Below are positions 20,000 to 30,869 of a DNA stretch of 64,000 nucleotides, piece after piece (the stretch's first letter is position 1; each line of letters starts with the position of its first letter). The stretch is taken from positions 864,001-928,000 of the forward strand of contig CAWDXE010000001.1 of assembly GCA_963806185.1 (NCBI GenBank), in the 5' to 3' direction. The stretch comes from an uncultured candidate division Zixibacteria bacterium. Its GTDB lineage: Bacteria > Zixibacteria > MSB-5A5 > GN15 > FEB-12. Both the position numbers and the translations under genes were made by a program. Under the pieces are notes generated by a model. The model did not search any database. It saw only the letters and a program-made list of their open reading frames with translations, and had not been told where the DNA came from.

Positions 20000-21388
20000 T
20001 TAGTTCGTGCAATCGAGTGGCGCGAAGGTGACAAAGAGCTGATTGACCATGGCGGTGATGTCACCAATATCGATACCGGCCTGACCGTCAATGTCAGCCA
20101 TATCCGGATTCGGCAGAGGAAGAATCGAAATATACAGATGATCGACCAGAGCAGTGAGATCACCCATATCCGGGCCGGCACCGTCCTGATCGACGTCGCC
20201 ACAAATGATCCCCGCCTGCGACAATGCGGCCGCGACATTCACGACACCCGAGCCAAGTTTACCGGCATACAGCGGGTTCAGGCTGTCGACATTGACGGCG
20301 CTCAGCGTGATAGCGTCGAAAAGATCATTCCAGGTGATTTCCGGCTTTCGCGAAATAATCAGAGCTGCCTCGCCACTTACAAAGGGAGCGGCAAAGCTGG
20401 AGCCGTTCCACCAGGCGTAAGTCGAATCGAGAAACGGACCGTAGACGCTGGTACCGGGGGCGCAGACATCGAGCTTCTGATGATAGGTGGCGAAGGTGGA
20501 TTTGTGATCGGTTGAATCAACCGAGACAACGCCCAGCACATAGGAGTCAGTGGCGGGGAAGCGGTCGAGTTCAATGCCATCATTGCCGCCTGAAGCAATC
20601 ACCAGAACATTCTGATTGCGAGCGTATTCGATAGCGGCATCGACGGTGCCGTGTTTGTCACCCATGACCAGGCTGAGATTGATGACGCGGCAACTGTCGG
20701 CGACAGCCTGAAGAATGGCCTCGGCCACGGCGTATCCATTGCCGGTACCGGCGGTGTCAAGCACGCGATAGGCGTGGATTTCCGCCTGCGGAGCGACGAG
20801 ATGGATGATGCCGGCGACAAAGGTACCGTGGCCGCTGGCCCGACCGCCGGCCGTATCAGTTGGCGTCATGTCGCCGTCGACATAATCCTGCCCGGCGACG
20901 ATGGTACCCGAGAGAACGGGATGAGTGGGGTCGACACCGACATCGATGACAGCCACTCTAACATGGGCACCAGTCGAGACCTGTTGCGCCGGAGCCAGGG
21001 CAAGTTGAGTGGTTGCAGGCTGCTGGACGAAATCGGAGTTGGTGCCGTTGAGATCGATAAACGGCTGACTACCCTGCACCGGTTCGGGTGCGTCGGCAAG
21101 ATAATTCGGCGTGCAATAGATGATATTCGCATCACTGGTGATGAGTGTGGCGAGGCTATCAACATTGATACCCGGCTGTGTTTGCAGGAGATAGCCGTAA
21201 ATCTGCGGCAGATAGGAGACGGTGGTCGTGTGATAGATTGAGTTCACCTGATCGATGTATTGCGAGTCGGTCACGGCGCAAATGAGCTGATCTGGAACAA
21301 ACGCACCGGAGTCTTTGGCGTCGGCAGAGAGCGTCGCGACCATCAATACAAAGGCGAGTGTCATCGTATTTCTAAGGTGGCGCATCAT
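20000..21388 (-). CDS. Secreted S8 (subtilisin-like) serine protease with a C-terminal dockerin-like domain
   Basis: Signal peptide; triad VIDVGVD / GHGTFVAG / GSSFAAP; oxyanion SGGND; two EF-hand-like GD/AD..DIGD repeats. Confidence 0.92.
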   Translation of the reverse strand: MMRHLRNTMTLAFVLMVATLSADAKDSGAFVPDQLICAVTDSQYIDQVNSIYHTTTVSYLPQIYGYLLQTQPGINVDSLATLITSDANIIYCTPNYLADAPEPVQGSQPFIDLNGTNSDFVQQPATTQLALAPAQQVSTGAHVRVAVIDVGVDPTHPVLSGTIVAGQDYVDGDMTPTDTAGGRASGHGTFVAGIIHLVAPQAEIHAYRVLDTAGTGNGYAVAEAILQAVADSCRVINLSLVMGDKHGTVDAAIEYARNQNVLVIASGGNDGIELDRFPATDSYVLGVVSVDSTDHKSTFATYHQKLDVCAPGTSVYGPFLDSTYAWWNGSSFAAPFVSGEAALIISRKPEITWNDLFDAITLSAVNVDSLNPLYAGKLGSGVVNVAAALSQAGIICGDVDQDGAGPDMGDLTALVDHLYISILPLPNPDMADIDGQAGIDIGDITAMVNQLFVTFAPLDCTN

Positions 21389-21395
21389 GTACCTC

Positions 21396-24123
21396 TTATA
21401 CCCCCGCCCCAAAGACCGAAAACGGCGCCCAATGGTAGGCGGATCGAAACTGCTGGGCGGCGGCCAGTGAAGCCTGTCGGGCTGATTCTATAACGGTGAG
21501 ATCGGTATGTAAGTTCGAATAGAAGAGACCCATCCAGAAAGCGGTCGAGGCGTCGGCGACCGGCCAGTGGCCGGCGACGACAGTTCGGGTTCCCATCTCG
21601 AGCAGGGAACGAACGAGGCCGGTGGACTCCTCACCGGGGAGGGCGACGTGGGCACCGGTCTGGCAAGCGGCCAGGGTGGCGAGATTCACGCGGGCGCGGC
21701 GAAGACGAAAGTCGGCGGCGAATAAGGGTCCATCGATCATATTCAGAGACGAATAGAACGGGTTCTCCCGATTCAGTTGCGCGTGACCAGCGAAATGCCA
21801 GAGTTGGTAGTCACCGTCCGAAGGCCAGAGACTGCGCGTACAGGGGTCGTGGATGACCACGTCGCCCGTGAGCGATGATCTCAGGGTATCGAGTTCTTTG
21901 CGAACATTGGGGAGGTCGTCGGCCTGACCAACGAAGATTTCGCTGCGCCGGGAGTCGATTCGCAAGGCGCGAGCGTACAGGTAGTGGCGGAGACTGGGAG
22001 CGTGAACCATGCTGAACTCGCGGGCGAGAGGTTGTCCGTTGCGGCGAAGGGCCTGCCAGGGAAGATTGGCGAGCGGACCCTCGATGAGAAGAAGCAGATC
22101 GCGCTGAGCGGAGTCAATTTCGAGCGGCGCCCAGAGCCAGTCCCCGGTGTGGTCGAAGAACTTCTTTTCGTCATCGACATCGTGGCCCGACGGAAGGTGA
22201 GCCGCAAGGGCGGCGGATTCGAGAAGAAAACCCCAGTGGGCGGCGGCGCGATCAGCGAGTTCGCTGCCATAGGCATAACGATGGCTGCGCGTTGTGCCGT
22301 CTTGATGGACGAAAGCGACGAGTTCGGACGATGAGTGATGAATTTGTATGACCGTGCGGTCGCGCGAGACTTCGGCAAATTGCGCCGTGAGTCGCTGATT
22401 GGCAATGTTGTCACCGGGCCGGAAATCTTCAATGGCAAGCAGTTCCTGGCGAATTGATTTCTGAAGTTCAAGGATGCGAGCGCTGCCTGCTCTGGCCGCA
22501 ACCGATCGTTCGCCGCCAAGGCCGACCTGCCCAGAGAGAGCGGCTACCTGATTGGCGAGCGCCATGAGCGATTCTTCCACTTTGCGGCGGGCAGGTTCGG
22601 TTTCGAGATTGGCAACCATCGGTCGCCATAAGCCGGCGGTGCGCATCCGTTCCGACCAGACCGCGGCTTCGGTGGGATTCGACTGCAGGTGGGCGTCGAT
22701 CAAGCGGTGGTGCGGGCTTTCGAGCGACAATCCGTAGCGGGTACGCAGACCGACGGGAGGCAGTTGAGCGCGCACCTGATCGAGACGATCGGCGGCCTGT
22801 TCCCATAGTTTGACCGCGCGGTCGCGCTCGCCGCGGGAGGCGGCAAGATCACCGGCGCGGGTGTGCCAGCCGGCGAAAAGATGCGGGACTTCTTGCGCGG
22901 CAGTGTTATGACTGAGTCGATCCAAGGCGCGGTCGGACAGGGGTGCGTCAAATGATGCGTACAAATCGCAGACGGCCTGCCAGAGGGGGAGCTGTGCCTT
23001 GGCGAAATAATCGATCGCCTTGCGCAGTTGACTGCGCCGGAGTACCGGGATCGCGCGTGATTTGGGATTTGAGAAGATACACGGCCCCACAAAAGCCGAA
23101 GTTTTTTTCCGCCACGAAGGCGACGCGAGCACGTTCGAGAGCGGAGGACGCTTCGCGGTGTTTCCCTAGTTGACTGGCTGCCGAAGCGCGATAGTAGGCG
23201 GCCTTGGCTGATTCATAGCGGAGATTCAGTTTGCGGAAGAGTAGCTCGGCCTCTTCCCCGGCGTCGCGGGCGTCGGCAAAAAGATTAAGATTGAGAAAAA
23301 CCTCGGCGCGATCGACCACACATGACGCAACGCGCAACGGGACGCCGATGCGACGGTAGGCGGTTTCACAGTCGGCCAGTTCCTGCAGGGCGACATGAAA
23401 TTTGCCTTCGAGCATGTGGAGCCACGAGAGTCCCCAGCGGGCATCCACGGCGTCGAGTTCGTGACCGTGAGCAGTGTAAATTGTTGCCGATCGTTCGTAG
23501 AGCTGTTCCGCCTCGCGCATGTCGAAGAGCTGCACAAGGGTGTTGCCGCGATTGAAAAGCAACGTGCGGCCGCGAGTTCATCGCCGATGGAAAGAAAGAT
23601 ATTCCCCTGCTGCCTTGTAGAGCTGTTCGGCCTCGCGGTGACGGTCCTGGCGGTGGAGGAGGTTGGCGAAATTGACCTGCGTCTTGGCGACCTCGCTTTG
23701 GTTTTCCAGAGCGGAGAACGTCTTGAGCGCCAGGCGGGCACGGCGTCGTGATTCGGCAAAGTCACCGAGGTACATGTAGACGTCGACAAGCGTGCGGTCA
23801 ATGCGCCCGACAGCAATGCGGTCGGTTTTCGACAAACGGCGTGCTTCCTGGTAGGCTTCTTCGGCCTCGACATAACGCGAACTCATATGGGCGGCACGGG
23901 CCAGCGCACGGTAGGCGGCAAGCGAGACGACGCTGTCACCGGCGCGCGAGCGCTTCACCAGTTTTCGGGCGAACGTCAGCGCTTCGGCGAGCGAGTGCTG
24001 GACTTTGGCGACAATCGCCTGATTGATAGCGTCGGCCAATTCCGCCGGAGAAACCAGAGCGACGGTTCCGCGGGAGAGGAATTCGAGCAGCGCTTTTGAT
24101 TTTATATCTTCGGAGCGTTCCAT
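21396..24123 (-). CDS. TPR-CHAT (caspase-like clan CD) protease, about 900 aa; frameshifts near 23560 and 23040
   Basis: TPR-like helical repeats in the first two segments; CHAT motifs GPLANLPWQAL, WHFAGHA (His), LAACQTG (Cys), VVAGHWPV, WAPFSVFG. Confidence 0.88.
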
Positions 24124-24686
24124 TTTACGGACGGCAATTCGATCGCCGCTGCGGGCGAGCGAAGGATCAATTTGGACGGGGGCGTTTTGGCGATCCAGGT
24201 GAAGAAACCGCTCTGGTCGGCGCGGACAGTCAACCGTCCGGCGGCCAGTTGCCAGTCGGCAAGCGAGTCGGTTTGCGGAACAGCAAGCTGGGCACTAAAG
24301 CGCCAACCGTCGGTCACGCGAGTAGCCTGCAGATCGAAGCGGATGCCATCGGCGCTAAACTGCAGCCGTCGCTTGTCGGCGTCGGCGCCACGTACACCCA
24401 GCGCCACGGACGCGGTCCATGAGTCGAACGAAAGATTGGCGACCAGCCTGCGAACCAGACGACTGACTTTGCCCTCAGCAAGAGCGGCGGCGCGATTGAT
24501 CCATTCGCTCGGCGCGCTTGCAAGCTGAGGTGATCCGGCCAGCGGAAATGCCTGGAACAGAGCGAAATCCTGACGGCATTCCGGGCATTGCGCCAGGTGA
24601 GCGGAGAAAGTGATCTTCCCGGACATCGCCGCTTTGATCATCGCTTGTCTGGTCGGGTGGTTGGTCATCTGAGGCTGCGCTTTCAT
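24102..24686 (-). CDS. Soluble Zn-finger (HxxxCxxC) anti-sigma-like protein
   Basis: NHP...HLAQCPEC; no TM helix; start codon overlaps the sigma stop. Confidence 0.7.
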   Translation of the reverse strand: MKAQPQMTNHPTRQAMIKAAMSGKITFSAHLAQCPECRQDFALFQAFPLAGSPQLASAPSEWINRAAALAEGKVSRLVRRLVANLSFDSWTASVALGVRGADADKRRLQFSADGIRFDLQATRVTDGWRFSAQLAVPQTDSLADWQLAAGRLTVRADQSGFFTWIAKTPPSKLILRSPAAAIELPSVKWNAPKI

Positions 24687-25292
24687 TATCGTTTTTTACT
24701 ACCTGATAGAGGAGCGGACCCGCCAATTCGTGCATCCTCAAAACCGGATTGCTCCAGCGCCTTCTTAAGACGGTCCAGGCAGCGGCGCCGGGCCGGTCCC
24801 AGGGCGTTGCTGGAGATACCAAACTGAACAGCGAGGTCGTCGTAGGACGTGTCTTCGTCGGCAAAGAACATGGCCTGCAACAGCTTGGCGCACCGCGTGT
24901 CAATCCGGGCCAGCGCGTTTTGCATGGTCGATTGAAGTTGGAGTTGTTCCAGTTCCTGATCCGGGAGTGGGTCGGCGCTTTCGATGGAGTGAGCTTCCTC
25001 GATATCGGTATGGCGACGGTCGCGGCGAAGGACTTTGATTGCTTCGCGGCGCGCAGTGGTGGCCAGCCAGCCGGGAAGGCGGGAGGAATCTTTGATCTTC
25101 GTTCGGTGAGAGTGAAGGAGCACCCAGGTCTGCTGGAAACAATCGGCGGCTTCGTGGTAGGAGAGGCCGACGCGGGTAATGACGGAATAGACAAGTGCTT
25201 CATACCGCCGGATCAAGTTCTTTCCAGGCGGTGGGATTGCCATCGACAACGGCAATCCAGAGATCGGGGTCTGTCATTCCTTGGGTGGTCAT
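24686..25292 (-). CDS. ECF sigma-70 factor; frameshift near 25215
   Basis: MTDPDLWIAVVDGNPTAWKEL/IRRYEALVYSV...AADCFQQTW...WLATTARRE (region 2); SYDDLAVQFGISSNALGPARRRCLDRL (region 4). Confidence 0.9.
24697..24734 (-). promoter_or_regulatory. Putative ECF-sigma promoter embedded in the sigma 3' end
   Basis: TGCACGAAT-N14-CTCT-ATCA-GGTAGTA, ending about 10 nt before the anti-sigma-like ATG. Confidence 0.7.
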
Positions 25293-25367
25293 GCGAGCAA
25301 TGACAATATATAGGTGAAAGGCGGGTTGAAAGAAACGATTTACGCTAGTGGTTCGCCCTGAATTAAA

Positions 25368-25393
25368 AACGGGCTGGAGGATACCAGCCCGTT
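25368..25393 (-). terminator. Intrinsic terminator after the GH38 gene
   Basis: AACGGGCTGG-loop-CCAGCCCGTT followed by a T tract on the minus strand. Confidence 0.75.
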
Positions 25394-25419
25394 GAAATGC
25401 CGTAGCGATTTTATGGCGC

Positions 25420-28400
25420 TTACTTGGTACCCCTCTTTTTGGCGGGGGCCTGGTGGAAGAGCATGTTCGCCGGGAGGGGCTGTTTGGGGAGGCCGGGGCC
25501 GCCGATGGTGACCGCCAAGCCGCCATCCCCCTCGTGCTGGAACATGCGCACACTTATAGGGTGGATGCCGGCCTTGAGGACGACAACTCCCGGGACTTCA
25601 CCCATGCCGTGCAGACCGTCGCTGTTGATGACGATTGAGTCGGAGACCACCAGCATGCTGCCGTCGTCGGAGCTGAGCGTGAACTCGTAGGTGCCGTCGG
25701 ACGGGATCTGGATGTAGCCGTTGAAAGTCAGGCCGTAATTCTCTTCGCGCGCGTAGACAACGGGATGGAGACATCGGATGAGATCGTGTCCTTGAGCGGC
25801 TTGAGGCCGCTGAAGTCGGGGAGTTTCTCCCAGGCAGATTCGAAGTATTGGCAGAGCAGGCCGGGGACGAGTTTGTCGACTGTGCGGGCTTTGCGCGGCG
25901 AGAGTTTGGTGACGTAGAGTTCGTTCACATAATGATCGTCGGTGCCCGGCTTGATGGCGCGCGCCTTGAGCAGGCTGGAGCCGGTGACGGTGATTGGCTC
26001 CTTATAGACGGCAGATTGCGCATCCGGTGTCTTGCCGTCCAGCGTGTAATGAACAACAGCGCCGGGTGTGGGTGTGCTAAGGGTGTATTGCGCTCGGCCG
26101 GCGAAGCCGACGCTGTCGGCGGTGATGGTGGCAAGGGTGCCGTCAGCGACGTCGTAGAGCGGCTGAGTCGGACGGACCGGATCATCGTTGAAGTTGGTCG
26201 CGGTGACGGCGACGATGCGCAGCCGGTCGTTGTCGGGAAGGGTGATCGTCTTCGTGCCGGCGGGGAGATCAAACGAGACGAGATAGAGATAGGTGAAGTG
26301 GTACGCTTCATTCGAGTCGGCGGCCGTGTGACGATGCGACGCATACCAGGCGACCGGATCGCGATGAATGTAGGCGGGGGCGATCTGCTCGGGTTCATCA
26401 GCAAAGCGGCCGCTGGCGACGCGGCTGTTCCACTGGCCGAGCGGTGAACTCCAATCGAGAATCCAGCGAGTTTGCTTCACAGTGCCAATGGTGAAGGTCC
26501 CTTCGGCGGGGCCGTCGACAGCGGCGGCGAGGAAATGCACTTTGTTGAACTTGCCGTCGGGAAGGGTGATGGTCTGGCCCTTGCAGACGACGACATTTTG
26601 GGCACCATCGGCATGCGGGCCGGTGACGAACGGAATGCGGAGGTGTTCGAATTTGGACAGGAGCATCTCCCCAGCCAGCGAGTTGCCGTGAGTGTCGAAG
26701 TTGCCGTCTTTCTTATTCGCATCGCTCGACATGCCGTCAAGGTTGTACGGAAGATCGAGGGTGCGGGAGAATTGGGCATCGTCGACGTAGTTTTTGGGGA
26801 GTTTGCGGACAACGTCGAAGGCGAAGGCGCGGGGCTGGTAGGGGGCCAGATTTGCCAAGACGGCATCCCTTCTGATCGGCACGTCAGCCATCTTCGATTC
26901 AGCACCATTGACTTCAGTAGCGCCTTTGAGCGGTGACGCCAAATCTATGGCACAAACGAGAGGACGATCATCGATATTGCGAACGCGTACAATCACCTCA
27001 TCGTCGTCTTCAGCAAGCTTCACAGCGCACACAAAAGGATCTGGCCCACCATCATTATCACGTAAGTCCTTCACCTTCATAAACGATCCCGATTTGTCGT
27101 CATCACCTAGAGCGAGGACCGATGGAGTTTCAACCAACGAGTATATTTTTCCCAGATAGCCCTTATGTGCCGGTGATTGAAACGCAAGTAAGGGTTGGTT
27201 AAGTCGGGCGGCACCGTTCACCACGCTCGGGTAAATATTCCACCAGCGACCGGACCTGACAACATTCGGTTTCCAACTCTGATCCGTGTGTCCGTGCACG
27301 GCAAACGCAAATTCGTGATGGCCGTTGTCCTGCGACCGTTCGTCCTCCACCCAGTTCCATTTTTCATTCACGCCGGGGGTGTGGATGAGCGTCAGGCGCA
27401 GGGTGTTCTTGTCCGGGTGATCCCAACCGTACTTGCAGTCGGAAAAGACGGCAGTGCCCATGTCGGCCCACTGATGGCCGGGGACTTCGTACAGCTTGTC
27501 ATAATTGACGCCGCGCTTGATGGCGCCGAGACCCAGATCGTAGGTGACACTGTCGCTGGCTTGTGCAAACGTGAAGGCGGCCTTGAGGAGCGTTTCGCGT
27601 TCGTACCAATCGACCGAGTTGTCGAATTTGATTCGATCGCCGCCGTCACCGGCAGCCAGACTGATACAGGTGGTGAAACTGGATTTCTCCGTATGACGGG
27701 TGACCATGAGCATGACGCGCACGGGGCCGTTTTCGACAATCTTGATTTCGGGCGTGCCGCCGACGATGGCGCGCGGTGCGGCCATGATATCATCGTACCA
27801 GATTTCCCACGCCGGCCAGGCTTTGGGTTTGTCGGTGAGCAGTTGAAATTCGATCGGTTTGGAGAGGAGTTCTTTCTTCTGCGATTTGTCATAGATGGAG
27901 GCAACGTCGCCGTTGGCGTTGAGCTGGACTTTGTAGCGTTCGTTCTCCAGTGAATTGTTGGTCACGGCAAGTGTCGGCTTGATAGCGCTCGGTTTTGTCG
28001 CGGGCTGGATGTCGTACACGGCATAGCCGACTGATGGTGCGTTGGCCAAGAAGAGGATCGCGAGGCTGTCGGGCCAGGCGGCGACGATCTGCGACGGCAC
28101 TTCTTTCTTATCGGGACCGACCACGCGGATGAATTTGGGCGCAGGACCGTTGAAGTACACGGTGGCGTCGACAACGTCCTGACGTTCGATACCGAGCGGG
28201 TTATAGACGACCAGCGGCACACCCTTGGCGCGCGTATCCAGATACGGCGTAGTAGCGGCAACGGCCTTGGTCAGAATCTGACTGAAGCGGTTCTGGCAGA
28301 GAATCTCGTCTGCCCACGAGAAGACGTACGCTTCGGGAATGCTGGTGCCGGTGAGGTCGTCGTGAAATTGATGCCAGAGGAACCGGGTCCAGGTGTCGCG

Positions 28401-29458
28401 CAGTTCTTCGCGCGGGTACGGCTGATTGGCGACGAGCCAGGCGATGACCGAGGCGCGCTCGGCCGCGTCGGCGAGAAGTTCATTCTTCCGGTTCCATCGT
28501 TTCATGGCGGCTTGCGAGGTATAGCAGCCGGTACCGTGACGGGTCATGACCAGTTCGCCACGGTAGTGCGGGAGCTTGGAGGTGTCGCCGTCTTTGACGA
28601 GATCGACCAGATCGTCGGCGCCGACACTCAGCACTTTGATGTCGCCGTCGCCTTTCATCGATTGCTCGAGCCAGGCGACGGATTCAGAGTCGGGCGAGCC
28701 GCCGGTGTCGCCGGTGCCGAAATACATGTAGGCGAGCGGAAGGCCGGAGGTGTCGGCCTGCTTCTGAATGTCTTTCGTCCAGATGGTGTCCTTGCGCAGA
28801 TCGCCGCGAATCTGCGAGCCGTAGCTGCGCGCATTGAGACCGGCGATGATCGAGGAACCATCAACACCTGTCCAGACGCCGATATTAAACGGCAGGCCGT
28901 GCGCCGAGCCCCAGCTCAGTTTCTGCGTGGAGAAGCTTTCCAGGCCGCAGTGCGCGGGCGATCGACGGCAGGGCGTAGCCGAAGCCGAAGCAGTCGGGGA
29001 GAAAGATGTCGCGGCTGGTTTTGCCGAATTCGCGCTTCCAGTAGCCGTTGCCGTAAAGGGTGTTCCGCACGAGTGACTCGAACGAGGGCATGTTGACATC
29101 GACCGCGTCGACCCAACTGCCGGTCACCCGCCAGCGGCCGTCGGCGATGTACTGTTTGCAGGCGTTCATATTCGGCCGGATAGTATTCCTTCAGAATTTG
29201 ATAGCGAAACGCGCCTTCGAAGCTGAAGACATAATTGGGGAACTGCGTGAACAGTTTTTCATTTTCGCGGAAGGTGAGGGGTATGTATTCGTTGATGCTG
29301 GTCTGGATAGTCCAGCGCCATTGGGTGTCGAGATGGGCGGTGCCGACGACCGCCAGTTTCTTCTGTTTGACGCCCGTGCCCTGGGCGGTCTCTTCAGCCG
29401 ATCCAATGCTGGTGGTCAAGCAGCACAGCAGAACGATGCCAATCCATACCCTTCGCAT
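25420..29458 (-). CDS. Secreted GH38 alpha-mannosidase with C-terminal Fn3/chitobiase-like and PA14 domains; about three frameshifts
   Basis: AHLDTQWRW, FLPDCFG, HQFHDDLTGT, VHYTLDGKTP; PA14-like SSDDGS..NSDGLHG. Confidence 0.88.
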
Positions 29459-29475
29459 ATCTTTTCCTCTATATC

Positions 29476-30852
29476 TCATGTTGCAGATTGTACCTGTTGA
29501 ACGGGTGGGTCGGGTTTCTTTTCGGTCTGTTTGCTTCGGGCAAAGCCGCGCTGTTTGAGGCGATCGAGCAGGACGGCGCCGAGAATCACCAGACCCAGAA
29601 CCACTTTTTGCGTATAGCTTTCGACATTCGTCAAGTTCATGCCGTTTTGAATGACGGCGATGATGAGGGCGCCGATCAACGTGCCGAGAATGCGCCCCTC
29701 GCCACCACTCAGACTGGTGCCGCCAACAACAACGGCGGCGATTACATATAGTTCGTACGAGAGACCGTAGGTTGGCGCGCCGCTTTTCAGTTGTGACGCC
29801 ATCACCACGCCGCCAAGTCCGGCAAGAAGACCGCACAACGAATAAACAAAGAAAAGGACGCGGTTGACATGAATGCCGGCGAGCCGCGCCGCCTCAGGAT
29901 TGCCGCCGACAGCGTAGATGTAGCGACCGAGCGTAGTGCGGGTCATCAGAATGTGTGCGGCGGCGTATAGCACGACCATCAGAATGACGGCAATCGGTAT
30001 GCCAAGGAGCGGATCGACGCCCCGGCCGAGCCAGATGAAGCCGGAGGGGAGCTGGTAGATTGGTTTACCTTCGGAGATGATATACCCGACACCCGCGGCG
30101 ACCTGCATCATGGCAAGCGTGGCAATAAACGGCGGAATGCGGAAGCCGGTGATCATAAAGCCGCTGAACGCCCCCACTGCTCCGCAGACCAGTATGCCGC
30201 CCACACAGGAGAGAAGGACGACAGAAGTTGAAGCGCCCTCGCCGCCGAATTGCCCGACCAGCCAGGCGACAACCACAGCCGCGAGCGCGATCAAGCTTCC
30301 GACCGATAGATCAATGCCGGCGGTGATGATGACCATGGTCATGCCGATAGCGATGATGGCGATGACGGTGATCTGGTTGGCGACGTTGCGGATATTATCG
30401 GCCAGCAGGAAGGTGGGCCAGTTGTACGACGGTGGCGTTGTTACGGTCGCCGAGGCGAGGTGCGGAACACTTGCAATGATCGACCGGACCACCGGCGAAG
30501 CCGAGGTGCTGACGAAGAGGTGACATGGCTCGGTTGAATCGGCCGAGCTCAAGAGCTGTTGGCGGATTGATTCCGGGTCGCCGTAGATTGTCACACCCAC
30601 ACGACCGGCGGCGGAAAGCGCGGACAGGAGTGAGTCGCCGAATTCGCGATCGGTAGCGTTGTTCTGACCAATGATAATGATCTGTGTGGAAGTCGGCGTG
30701 GCTGCGAGATCGCTGAGCAGAAGGCGGGCGGCGGCTTTGCCGGTGGGATGCTGTTCGGACATGGTGAGAATGGAAAAGAGCACACACAGCAAGACGAGAA
30801 TGCCGAGCATCCCGTAATTGCTGATGAACCGTCCGATCTTGTTTGTCGCCAT
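29476..30852 (-). CDS. Sugar ABC permease (RbsC-like) with an extra N-terminal soluble insert
   Basis: GIDLSVGS, PPFIATL, AVGGNPEAARLAG, VIAAVVVGGTSLSGG. Confidence 0.92.
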   Translation of the reverse strand: MATNKIGRFISNYGMLGILVLLCVLFSILTMSEQHPTGKAAARLLLSDLAATPTSTQIIIIGQNNATDREFGDSLLSALSAAGRVGVTIYGDPESIRQQLLSSADSTEPCHLFVSTSASPVVRSIIASVPHLASATVTTPPSYNWPTFLLADNIRNVANQITVIAIIAIGMTMVIITAGIDLSVGSLIALAAVVVAWLVGQFGGEGASTSVVLLSCVGGILVCGAVGAFSGFMITGFRIPPFIATLAMMQVAAGVGYIISEGKPIYQLPSGFIWLGRGVDPLLGIPIAVILMVVLYAAAHILMTRTTLGRYIYAVGGNPEAARLAGIHVNRVLFFVYSLCGLLAGLGGVVMASQLKSGAPTYGLSYELYVIAAVVVGGTSLSGGEGRILGTLIGALIIAVIQNGMNLTNVESYTQKVVLGLVILGAVLLDRLKQRGFARSKQTEKKPDPPVQQVQSAT

Positions 30853-30869
30853 ATTTTAGATTCGCCCCG

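Noticed and set aside
19983..20011. Third possible copy of the TGCACGAAT promoter motif at the S8 3' end
   Set aside because: TGCACGAAC with no CTCT at the N14 spacing; explained by the codons for C-T-N
19630..20238. 202-aa ORF between S8 and DUF5666
   Set aside because: Overlaps the S8 3' end out of frame and translates REP-like repeats
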